This document shows, one piece after another, positions 39,801-51,800 of a stretch of 64,000 nt of DNA. The stretch comes from Squalus acanthias (lineage: Eukaryota). The translations under genes and the position numbers were made by a program. Position 1 is the first letter of the stretch. The number at the start of each line of letters is the position of its first letter. Where the stretch lies: the NCBI GenBank assembly GCA_030390025.1, contig CM059438.1, forward strand, positions 57,724,001 to 57,788,000. The letters are read 5' to 3'. The notes beneath the pieces are model-generated. The model worked only from the letters and a program-made list of their open reading frames with translations, was not told the DNA's origin and searched no databases.

Positions 39801-42800
39801 CTTGGCACAGGCCTTTGTGCAGAGCTTGGAGACCATGATTTCCAGACTGAGACCTTTCCAAGATCCTGAGTAGTGTCTCTCCCCCAATGCAGGGTTACAT
39901 TCATTAAGACAGGTTATTGGTAAATTTTAATTAATGTGTGGACATTCATGTGCAATATTCCTATGGTATTTCTTTGCTATTTTAAATGAGCATTTAGCCC
40001 GTTGTAAATAAACATCACACAAAAGCATTAGCAATTGTGCACTAATATTACAGACAGTAAATTACAGGCTATAAATAAAAGATAAATGGAGAAGAAGAAA
40101 GATTAGGGGCAAAGGAAAAAAACAGGTTAGCAGAAGTGATACATTTTATTAGTTTTTCAATGACTATTTATACTTTGACCTGCTTTATTACTTCAATACA
40201 CAATGGCTACCTCGTTCTAGGCAAAACTTTTTCATCAAGTTACTGTAATAATTCAGCAGTGAGATTTTTGTACTGACCGATCTTGAGTTAGAGGTGCTCT
40301 CGGCCTTCTAAGTATAGAAAAAAAACATTAGAAATACTCTCTAAAAATATTGGCATTTTTACATTCTGTTGAGGACTCGAGTTTTATCATCAAGAAACAC
40401 CAAAAAGTGTGAGTTCTGTCAACAACAGCTTGCATTTATATAGCTCCTGTGCAGTAGAAAAATGTCCCAAGGCACTTAAGAGAGGCATAAGGATAAACAG
40501 GTGCCAAGATAAAGAAGGAGATATTAGGAGGGCTGACTAAAGGTTTTGTCAGAGAGGTGAGTTTTAAGGAGGGTTTTAAAGGGGGAGAGGGGAGTGAGGA
40601 GGTGAAGAAACAGAGGGCTATAGGGAGGGAACTCTAAAATATGGGGCACAGGCAGCTGAAGGTATGGCCGCCAATGGTGGGGCAAGAGGAAGGAAGGACG
40701 CATAAGAAGCCGGAGAGTTTGGTAGCAGAGAGTTTGGAGGGCTGGAAGAGATTACAGAGATAGCGAGGGGTGAGACCATGGAGAGATTTAAACACAAGGA
40801 TGAGAATTTAAAATTTGAGGCACTGTGGGATCGGGAGCCAATGTAGGTCAGCAAGGACGAGGTGATGGGTGAGCAGAAATTGGTGCGGGTTTTAATATAC
40901 ACAACAGGATTTTGGATGAGTTGAAATTTCTGGAGGGTGGAGCATGGGAGGCTGGTCAGAGGAATATTGAAGTAATCAATTCTGGGGATGAAAAGGCATA
41001 AATTAAGTTTTCAGTGCCAGATAGGCTAAAGAGGTGGGCAACGGCATGAAGGTGGAACTAGGTGGCTTTTGTGATAGAGAGGATATGGGGTCAGAAGCTC
41101 AGATTGGGGTTGAACAGAATGCCAATACAGCAAACAGTCTAGTTCAGCCTGAACCAGGGAAGGGGCTGGAGCCAGTGGCGAGGGTACAGAGTTAATGCCA
41201 AGGACCAAAGACAATGATCTTGGTCTTCCCAATGTTTACCTGGAGCAAATTACCCAGCTGTCATCAGCTTACATGTGGAAACTGACCGCATGTCTGCCGA
41301 TGATGTTGCAAGCGACAGCATATACATGAGGAAGAGGAAGGGGCAATGGATAGATCCTATTGTGACTGTGGAGGTGACTGCGTGGGAGTGGGAAGAGAAG
41401 CCATTACTATAGATGATCTGGCTACAAGCAGATAGATAAGACAGAGCAATTCCACTGAGCTGGACAAAAGAGAAGAAGCACTGGAGGAGGATGGTATGGT
41501 GACCATGTCAAAGGCTGCAATGGTCAAGGATAGATAATGCAAAATAATCACAGTCACAAAAAATATCATTTGTGAGTTTAGTTAAGCCTGCTTCACGCCA
41601 GTGGAATGCTGGAAACCTGATTGGACGGATTCAAACAGAGATTTACAGGAGAGATTGGCAGGGTTCTGGGAGACAACATGTTCAATGAACTTGGAGAAAT
41701 GAAGAATGGAGATGCAGTGGTAGTTAGCGAGGGCAGAGGAATCGATGGTGGGTTTTAATGTTTTGAAAAGAAGAAAACCAGGTGGTCCAGAGTTATGTAG
41801 GTATGGGATCAAGGGAGCATGAGGTAGGTCTCTTGGATGAAATGTTCTTGGAGAGGGAATAAGGGGTGATGGGGAAGAATTAGTGAGAGACAGATGTTTA
41901 GAGCTAGCATAGGAGGGGGGCTGTGGGAGATTTGGTTTGGTGAGAAAGAGTACGGGGTCGAAGTAGCAAAGGCACCTGAATGGATAGTCTCTCTCTTGGT
42001 GACTATGAGATCCATGACTGCTTGCACTTGAGAGTGGAAGGGCAGGGGAAAGATTTAAGGAAGTGGTTGCTCCTAGAAAAAAGAAGCCCGCAGTAATCTT
42101 TTCCCCTCAGGACGATCCTGGAGTAATGGATGGTTTTGGTAGAGGAGAATGAGGCCTAGCAGAGATTGATGAGGTCAAACTGGATTTGGTAATGGCTAAA
42201 CAGTTATGTGCCAGGTATGTTCAAGTTTGCAGCTGTTGGAATGAAGGGAACGAAGGTGGGGCCCAATCCCTAAAACCTTTATGGCATCAGCTATCAGAAC
42301 TTCTCAGCCTCACTTGGTTTGAACTACCCAGGGCCCTTGGACAGTCAAATCCCTGAATCATTCAGATCGTAACTTGCCACCACTCCGCAAACTCCTGCTG
42401 TGCAACGGAGCTGACGTGACAAAACCTGCACCAAAAACCACAACCTGCTGCAGTCCGTGTAGTGACGGTACTCCCACACAATGTTCGCTTTAAACTGCGC
42501 AGCTACGCTCCAGGGGTCCCGGGCAGCCGGCTTTTGAATTAAAAAAAACGCGCATGCGCGGACTTTTAAATGGGTCGCGCAGTCCGTTAAAAGGGCCGCG
42601 TGGCCCCCAAAAAAATACAGGGAACATTGCTCCCACAGTGCTGTTAGGGAATTCCAGGAATTTTTCCTAGTGACAACGAAGTTATGGTGATAATATGTCC
42701 AAGTCAGGATGCTGTGTGACTTGGAGGGGAACTTGAAGGCAACTGCTGCCCTTGTCCTTCTAGGTGGTGGAGGCCGCGGGTTTGAGAGATGTTGCCGAAG

Positions 42801-45800
42801 CCCTTGTCAAGTTGCTGCAGTGCATTCTGTAGATAGTGCGTACTGCTACCACAGGATGCCGATAGTGGAGGGAGCAGATGTTTAAGCCAGTGGACTGCTT
42901 AGTCCTGGATAGTGTAGAGCTTCTTCAGTATTGTTGAAAATGCACCCATCCAGGAAATTGGAGAGTATTCCATCACATTCCTGACTTGTGCCTTGTAGGT
43001 GGTGGAAAGGCTTTGGGGAGTCAGGTGGTGAGTCACTCATTGCAGAATACCCAGCCTCTGACCTGCTCTTGTAGCCACAGTACTTATGTGGCTGGTCCAA
43101 CTAAGTTTCTGACCAATGGTGACTCCCAGGATGTTGATGGTGGGGGATTCGGCAATGGCAATCCCGTTGAATGTCAAGCGGTGGTGGTTATGCTTTTTCT
43201 TGTTGGAGATGGTCATTACCTGGCACTTTTGTAGTGCAAATGTTATTTGCCACTTATCAACCCAAGCCTGGATGTTGTCCAAGTCTTGCTGCATACGGGC
43301 ATTGATTGCTTCATTATCTGAGGAATTGCAAATGGAGTTGAACACTGTACAATCATCAGCTAACAGCCCCATGTATGATGGATGGAAGGGCATTGATGAA
43401 GCAGCTGAAGATAGTTGCCCTGAGGAACTCCTACAGCGATGTCATGGGGCTGAGATAATTGGCCTCCAACAACCATAACCGTGTTCTTTTGTGCCAGGTA
43501 TGACTGCAGCCACTGGTGAGTTTTCCCCCTGATTCCCTCTGACTTCAGTTTTACTAGGGCTCCTTGGTGCCACACTCAGTCAAATGCTGCCTTGATGTCA
43601 AGAGCAGTCACTCTCGTCTCAGCTCTGGAATTCAGCTTGTGTTTATGTTTGGTCCAAGGATGTAATAAGATCTGTGACTGAGTGGTTCTGGCAGAACCCA
43701 AACTAAGTATCTGTGAGCAGGTTATTGGTGAATAAGTGCTACTTGGTAGTGCTGCTAACGACTCCATCTATCACTTGGCTGATGATTGGGAGTAGGCTGA
43801 TGGAGCTGTAATTGGTCAGGTTGCATTTGTCCTGCTTTTTGTGGACAGGACATACCTAGGCAATTTTACACATTGTTGGGTAGATGCCAGTGTTGTCGCT
43901 GTACTGGAACAGCTTAGCTAAGGGTGTGGCTAGTTCAGGAGCACAAGCCTTCAGCACTATTACCGGGATATTGTCTAGGCCCATAGCCTTTGCTGTGTCC
44001 AGTGTGCTCAGCCATTTCTTGATGCCACGTGGAATGAGTCCAATTGACTGAAGACTGACATCTGTGATAGTGGGGGCCTCAGGAGGAGGCAGAGAAGGCT
44101 CGCCCACTCGACACTACTGGCTGAAGATGATTGTGAACACATTGAGGGCAAAATTGGGTGCCTTTGCGTCTCCAGTTAGCGCCCCCGGAGACGCAAAACG
44201 GCTTTGCGACCGGGCGCGGCGCTGACATTGACTCCCGCCATATTCGGCGGGAGTTTTGTGGTGGTGCTATGGCGTTGCGCCCCGATCTTCTTCTTCACCC
44301 GGAAATCATGACGTCATCGCCGTGCGCATCGCCCCGGTAGTGGCCCGGACCCAAAATTGACTCCCGCCCCCTGCAGCAGCGCCTGTCGAAAACACAGACA
44401 GCTGCAGGAGGTGTGCATCGGGCGGCCAGCCGCTTCGGGGATGATGATTGAAGGCGAGGTGGCCGAGGTAAGTAAAAAAAAACGTACTTTTCTTGTTGTA
44501 GTATTTTGCGCGGGTTCCTGCCCGTGATCGATCAGCCCAGCACTCTGCTTGAGTGTCGGGCTGATCGCAGCTGCCTTGGTGGTCCAGGTAGGTACTTTTT
44601 ATATTGCAGAGCCTTTAACGATGGCCCTTCCCTTTAAGGGAGGGTAGGAGCCTTTGAACACAGCAATGCTGCACAGCCCAGTGTGCTGCTGAAGTCTCTG
44701 CCCCACCTGCTGCCGATTGCACTCCAAGAAGGAAGTGGAGCGCTTGATTTAGCGCAAAACTGAATTTTTTTAGAAGTTTAGAAACATTAGCGCCTGGCGC
44801 TAATTTTCTCAACTTTTAAAAGTTAGCGTTCCAAACGGGGCTATAATGAATTTCTCCCCCTTAATTGTTGTCTTTTGGACTCACATGTTGGGCTCCACCA
44901 TCATTGAGTCTGGAGATGTTCATGGAGGCTCCTCTTCCCATTAGTTGTTTAATTGGCCACCACCATTAGCAACTGGATATGGCAGGACTGCAGAGTTTTG
45001 TCCTGATCCCTTGGTTTTGAGATCACTTTGCTCTGTCTATAGCATGCTGCTTCTGTTGCTTAGCAGCATGCAGTCCTATATTGTAGCTCCACCAGGTTGG
45101 CACCTCATTTTCAGGTATGCCTAATGCTGCTCCCGGTATGCTCTTCTACACTCGTCATTGAACCATAGTTGGTCATATGGCTTGATGAGGGAGAAGTGAG
45201 TGATATACCGGGCCATGAGGTTCCAGATTGTAGTGGTATACAATTCTGCTGCTGCTGATGGCCCCCAGCACCTCATGGGTGCCCAGTTTTGAACTGCCAG
45301 ATCTATTATTAATCCTTCAGGACTCAGACAGCTCAGTCAGTGGTGGTACTACCAAGCCACTCTTGGCGATGGACACTGAAGTCCTTACTACCCTCAGTGC
45401 TTCCTCCAAGTGGTCTTTAACATGAGGTCGTACTGATCATTAGCTGAGGGAGGGTGGTAGGTGGTATGTGCTCATGTTTGACTTGAAGCCATGAGACTTC
45501 ACGGAATCCGGAGTCAATTTTGAGGGCTCCCATGGCCACTCACTCCATATGTATACCACTGTGCCCCCACCTCTTGTTGGTCTGTCCTGCCTGCAGGGTT
45601 GACTGGGCTGGGAGTGCCTTTGTCCTGATTCGATGTCTAGTACGCAGCCTAGTGGACCGTCCAGTTTTATTCTTTTGTTCCTTTCACGTGGTTTGATATA
45701 ACTGAGTTGCTCACTAGGCCATTTCAGGAGGCAGTTAAGAGTCAATCATGTTGATGTGGGACTGGAGTCACATGTAGGCCAGACTGGGTAACGACGGCCA

Positions 45801-48800
45801 GCTTTCCTTCCCAGAAGGGAAGTTGGTGAACCAGTTGGGTTTTTACGACAACCCAACACCGTCATGGTCACTGTTACTGGTACCAGCTTTTTATTTCCAC
45901 ATTTAAATTTTTTTAAAAATTTTATTCAAATTCTCAAACTGTCATGGTGGGATTATTAGTCCAGGGCGCTGGATTACTAGTCCAGTAACATAACCATTAC
46001 ACGATAGTACATACCTTACTAGAGCAGAACCAGTGCGTTTGTTGCTGCTTGTCTAACTCAGACCACCCTACCCTTTAGGGTTTGACCTGCAGGATTATTT
46101 GAAGCCAAGTAGGAAGAATCACAACCTCAATTGTCAGGTTTACCCCTCCATATTCCATCAGTGAGCCAGGCTGGCTGGTCAATCATCAACAGTATTGTGG
46201 GGTACTTACCAAACTCTCGTTTTGGATTACCAAGTTTGCACAGAGTATTGACTTGTTTTCAAACTTCCATCACCATGGTTGGAAGCTTGTCTTAGGAAAA
46301 TTACTTTAAGAGAAAGCAAACTGAGTGTATTGCACTTACTGCATTGCAGGTGAACGCTGTCTCGTTCTGAAAAACAAAGCAAAGAAACGGGATCAGAAAA
46401 CCTGTGTTCAGATTCCTCACATTCTCATTGAAATATTTTTTGATTGAAGAATTTTCAAAATAGTGAAAACAAATAAACTGCAGAGATCAAAATACGATAA
46501 AAAAAATCTTATTTAACAACAACTGTTCTGAAATGGTGACTATAGTTGTAACTACAAAGGTGTGAGCAGAAACACATCTATTATTGACAGTACAAACTAC
46601 CAACGTGGCATATAAGCTCAGAGTTTGCAAAATTGAAGATTTTTTGTAATCACCAATGGGGGAGCTCTTGTGGTGCCCAGATCGGAATCTCTCGGCTCCT
46701 CTGAGGCGCCATTTCAAGCACTGTTCACAGCCATTTCCCTTTTGGGCACGCTTTTCTAACTTTGTGCCAAAACTGAATGGCCAAAGTATTGTTCTGCCTT
46801 TAAGGATTTTCTCAGTGGTAGTAATGATGTTACACATTGGATAGTATTCTATTATACCTTACTAGAGTAACGGTTTACAGGGGCTGACGGTGAACTGTTA
46901 CTGTCCTGTTACTATGAGCATTTTCCTTTGGATGCAACTGTAGCTCCTGATCTCTGCTAATGTGACCAGTATCATATAATGAACACTGGTTCCCGAATTT
47001 ACAGTATAGCTTTACAAAGTTCATTGTCATAAATAATAGAAGTAAATTCAAGAATAAGAAAAAGTCATTCAACTTCCCATTATAAATCCAACTCCAATGA
47101 CCTCAGCCCCAGGAATAAGAAATGACTGTCCTGCTTCACTGGAATAGAGGTGTGAGCTCCCGATTTCTCTGCTAATGTGACCATGACAAAATAATAAGCA
47201 GGTGTTCCCTCTTTCGAGATGAGTTTTTTTGAGAAAGTTACTGGAATAATGTAGCAGGCAGTGTTGTACTTACCGATCTTGAGCTGAAGGCACTCTTGAC
47301 CTGATAAGAAAACAAAAAAAAATAAAGAAACATTGTCAGAAATGCTCGCTTCTATTACTTCTATTGAAGAATCAGGTCTGTTCAGTTGGAAATATCAAAA
47401 GGTTTGAGTTCTTCATAGTTTTTACATGGGGGTCTTTTATTTGAAACCACAAGTAGGTACTTCGCTACTTTGAAGGACTTTACAATTTTTGTCACATCAG
47501 AAACAGATGTCGATTTCTCTGTTTTACTCTCTCTGAACACAGCTAGAGCAATCTTCTGTTACACTTTAGTGCCCAGTCTCTCATCTACAAGTTATTGGCC
47601 TTGATTTTAACCCCTGATGGGTGAGAGGATTGAGGGGAGGGTTAAATTATCGGGATTGAGCAAACCGACCCCATTCCCGGCCATTTACATTTTTACTGCC
47701 CCAAATCATACCATCAACGAGGTTCCCGCAAAAAGCAGGCGGAGGCCTAGTTAACATTCAAAAGTCGCGGGCCGATGACATCATCGGCGTCGCAACGTCA
47801 GATGCCCGGCAGCAGATCCAAGGCAGGAGGTGCCAACTGCAATTTCAAACAACCCATATAGTTGACAAATGGCAGGCAAACAATGTAATTAAAGAAGCTA
47901 GTTTGTTGATTTGCCCGTGTCCTAACTTGCACCAAGTCCCATTCACCCATCTCCCCTGTGCTCGATGACCTACACTGGCTCCCGGTTATGCAGCGACTCG
48001 ATTTTAAAATTCTCATCCTTGTTTTCAAATCCCTCCATGGCCTCACCCCTCCCTATCTCTGTAATCTCCTTCAGCCCCACAACCCCCGAGATATCTGCGC
48101 TCCTCTAATTCTGCCCTCTTGAGCATCCCTGATTATAATCGCTCAACCATTGGTGGCCGTGCCTTCTGTTGCCTAGGCCCTAAGTTCTGGAATTCCCTGC
48201 CTAAACCTCTCCGCCTTGCTACCTCTCTTTCCTCCTTTAAGACGTTCCTTAAAACCTACCTCTTTGACCAAGCTTTTGGTCACCTGTCCTAATTTATCCT
48301 TATGTGGCTTGGTGTCAATTTTTTTGTCTTAAAATACTCCTGTGCAGCACCTTGGAACATTTTACTACATTAAAGCCGCTATAGAAATACAAGTTGTTGT
48401 TGTTGTTAATGTCTTTTGTTCTGACGTGCCTTCACAGATTCTTGCCAACATGTAGTTCAAGTGATTTAATTAGAACGAATAATCAGCCCAGCCAAGTGAG
48501 AATTTTGGATGACAGCTGTGTCTGAGACCTGCGAGATGGGGCAAGATCAATGATGGACTGTAATCCCTTGATGTCCAAGACTTCCGACTGTGGATATATC
48601 TGGCTTTCCTGACCCAACAGATAGTCTGGGCTAGTTTGACTCTGGGGGGCAATTTTAACCTTTCCAGTAGAAACTGGGCAGGTGGGCAATTAAAATGCCC
48701 CTGGTTACTTACCTGCCAGAAAACCACCCGGATGCCCGCAACGATGACTGTTACTCAGGCCTCTGGATGGGCTGCCCAAAGCCGTTTGATGACATCATTG

Positions 48801-51800
48801 GGCCCCGACTGTGATTTTAATTCTGGCCTCAGCAAGGATCTGCCAGGAAGCTGATGTGTCCCAAACAGGTAAGTTTTTCACTTTTGTTTGTGGGCCAGGA
48901 GGAACCTTACCTCCTTCTCCTCCACTTTCCAATAAAGGGATGTTTCCTCAATCCATCTAAAAAAGGAGTAACCCAATGTCATAGGAATGAAAGGTTTGCG
49001 CAGAGAGGTGTAGCTGGAGGAGATTGCTGAGGTAAGATGGGACAAGGCCATGGAGCAATTTGATGGCAATAACAAAAATCACACAGAAAATTTTCTGGGG
49101 CATAATTAGCCAGTGGAGATTGACCAGGACAGCATTGTTGGGAATACATGGGTTGCGATGGATGAGACTGGGCAATGGGATTCTGAATAAGTTGTAATTT
49201 TTCACAAAGCATCTTAAGGGGATGTCATCCCTTATGTGTTGCTTCTCAGCAGGATGTTCTTCAGTTCCGAACATTCCAGTAGTGTGTGGAGGGTGCAACA
49301 TATAGAAAGACTGGTCTGTCTCTTGCAGCTGCTACTCAATATTCCCCAAAACAATGCAGCTGTTGGTGAGCCTGAAAATGACATCTTTATCCTGCTTTAT
49401 GCAGTGGTGAACATTAAACTGTCTGATATTAGGACTTTTACAAACTTCTCTCTGGAACAACTCTGTTGCATAAAAGTTGATGATCATGGTCACTTTCACA
49501 GCTAGGGGTAGTGCAATGCTAATGGATGACTGCATCTGTAGGTCTCTCAAGCAGATAGTACAGATTAATGATTATCTTTCTGCTCAGATGCTGCCTCCTA
49601 AGGCACTCTGAGATCCATGTAGCTGAACTTGGGATGCTATTCATGTTGCCTGGGGTATGCAGGATCCCATACGTTCTCTTCTTATGCCCTTCGACTTCTC
49701 GGGCTACCATCTTCTAGTGCCCCTACTCCAAACAAATTAATAGGAGAGTATTACAGTATATGGAACGCACATGTTGCTGAAAAGACAAAAAGCTGCTTCT
49801 TCCAAAGCTCTGATTTACTTCTGCTCCGATGCAAACTTTACTGGATTCTAATGTGAACCACACAAAAGCCTAGAAGCTACTGTCATTGCTGGATGGAATG
49901 ACCATGTAAGGGTTGCAACGCAATATTCCAGGTAGTGTTGTGCACAGTTGCTGATCATTTATTACACGCTGCAAAATTGTTGGGAGCTATTGCCGTGAAG
50001 CTGTGCATTGCGGTAGCTAAGCTCACTATAATCAATTGTTAACCAGAAATTGCACCATAGGGTAAGTTCACTGTAGTACCGATTCTCCAATCTGTTTTCG
50101 CCACAAGTGTAGGATAGGGTGTATCTGTATGATTTAGTAAATATTTTTGTATAACTATAATATGTGAAATTGTATGTTAAAAGCCTAAAAGCCTGTATAA
50201 AATGGCGAATGGCTGAGAGAAAAGCAGGATGGGAAATTATGCCAACCTGACTGAAACTGCTCTGTTTTCAATTACTGAAGTAATGGAATGTAGTGCTAAG
50301 TTTATGGAGACTGTCAGGGACATGGTATTCGGATGGAAAAGAGGTAAGAGTTAGAGAAGAGAGGTAGGAATTGAAGGCACCCCTCAGTGATACTACTATA
50401 AAATGGACAGACTGTTTAGACAACATCTTGGGAAATGGTTTTTGAAAAGAGAACATCTAAAAATAAAGGGCACTTTGATATGCACAAAGCGAGACCTAGT
50501 GGAATCAACAAGGTCATAAAATGTCATGAGGTGACTGACAAGGAAAGGAGGGACATTTACCAGGTGTCAGATAGCTGATTACAGTCACGTAGCCAAAGGA
50601 AGAGAAAGTGTATAAAGATACAGATATTGAACACTGAAGGCAGCGCGCACCAAGAATCAGAGTTGAAGGAGCTTCAGTCAACAGAACACAGCAAGAGAAT
50701 AAAGAGACCACGCCACAGTCACTTGGAAGGAACGCCGAGGCTCAAACGAACAAGACTGTGACTATCTCCTTGTTAAGTATTACTTCTTTGTACTGGATGT
50801 TTAATGCTTAATAAACCGGTTTTACTTATACACAATATACCTGTACCCAGAGTGGTTTGTGTAGTCACGGACAAATTATTATAAGAGCTTTTGGAAGCTA
50901 CACAAGTGTGGCTCCCAATGGGTAGTGTGTGAATGGTGTATTTACCTTCATATTCCAAAGCTGACGCATACGATGCATTCCTAGCCCTGATGTGAAATCT
51001 GCATTGCTGCAGAAGCTGCAGTCCGTTTAATTATCCTGCGAGCAGAGCTACTCTATACCTGAGCTGAAACCTACAATTTGCTGTGTACAATTGCCATTGC
51101 ATTCAACACTCTACTAACACTACAACTGACTGAGGAGGGACAGTGAAAGCAGTACGTGTTGCTTGTGGTGTCAGGTGGCATGCAAGTCGTATGTAACACC
51201 ACAGGTCTACTGTCCCATGCATAGCTACTTGGAAGTAACAGAAGAGATGTACCTAAGGAGCAGAAAGACCACCTTCAGGAAGACCTCCAGATAAGATCTA
51301 CCATGCATATGATATAATTTGGCATCATAGTCACCTTGGCTTCTATTTTGTATGCATTGGGATCCATCTATGTTAGTAATGAGGGCATCTGCAGTGTCAA
51401 TTAATTTGCACTCAAAATTGTGCTGTTTAGGTTACAGTTCAAGTTTCCGATAAAATTCATTTGCATAATCACAAACATAAAATCTTCCGTGAACCAGCGC
51501 AATCGGGTAGCATAATAGAACATAATTTCTTATTTTTTTCTTACCAAAAATAAGCATTTTTAATAAGAGTGTCCAAACCTCTACCTTTGAGTAACCTGAT
51601 TTAAAAATTTAAAAAAAACTATACTGACCTATTTACTAATTTCATTGGTGTACGCCTGTCAATTTCTTAGAAAATAAAAACATTCTTGATATGAAGAAAC
51701 TTTTAAAACATGTGTACTAGTGCCTGTGCACCTAGAAATTTAGTGCAATTTGAAGAGCCTTCCGTAACCAGCGCTATTGGCTGAAACTCGCACTGTCGAC

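Larger units (their letters stand above)
31442..39843. mobile_element. Fragmented Harbinger remnants (Myb-like pieces 31730-32700 and 39050-39843 on +; transposase C-terminal piece 37742-38022 on -) with nested LINEs
   Basis: Left end gggggtgaaattgg; [14 protein letters not shown] block present twice; GDKAYPL…[19 protein letters not shown]. Confidence 0.75.
1..40430. repeat. Tandem segmental array: about 5 copies of a ~2.7-kb core unit carrying exons A and B, expanded by insertions; continues past the left edge
   Basis: The same non-TE sequence blocks recur in the same order. Units span roughly 740-10347, 11230-16518, 17576-25327, 26803-30185 and 30186-40430 (e.g. 'ctcaggaaaggtactgtaat' near 805, 11295, 17640, 26868, 30247). 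Confidence 0.95.
42440..46002 (-). mobile_element. Decayed LINE of the second family with tRNA-like head; nested MITEs
   Basis: [40 protein letters not shown] on minus strand. Confidence 0.85.

Noticed and set aside
49200..51400. Very old Harbinger transposase remnant around the solo LTR
   Set aside because: Only faint motif traces; boundaries and identity cannot be supported by eye.
51620..51690. 27-nt AG…GTCAGT candidate exon (RTPMKLVN) on minus strand
   Set aside because: It appears to lie inside a MITE-like remnant whose relative at ~59550-59600 has similar splice-like motifs, and the polypyrimidine tract is poor.
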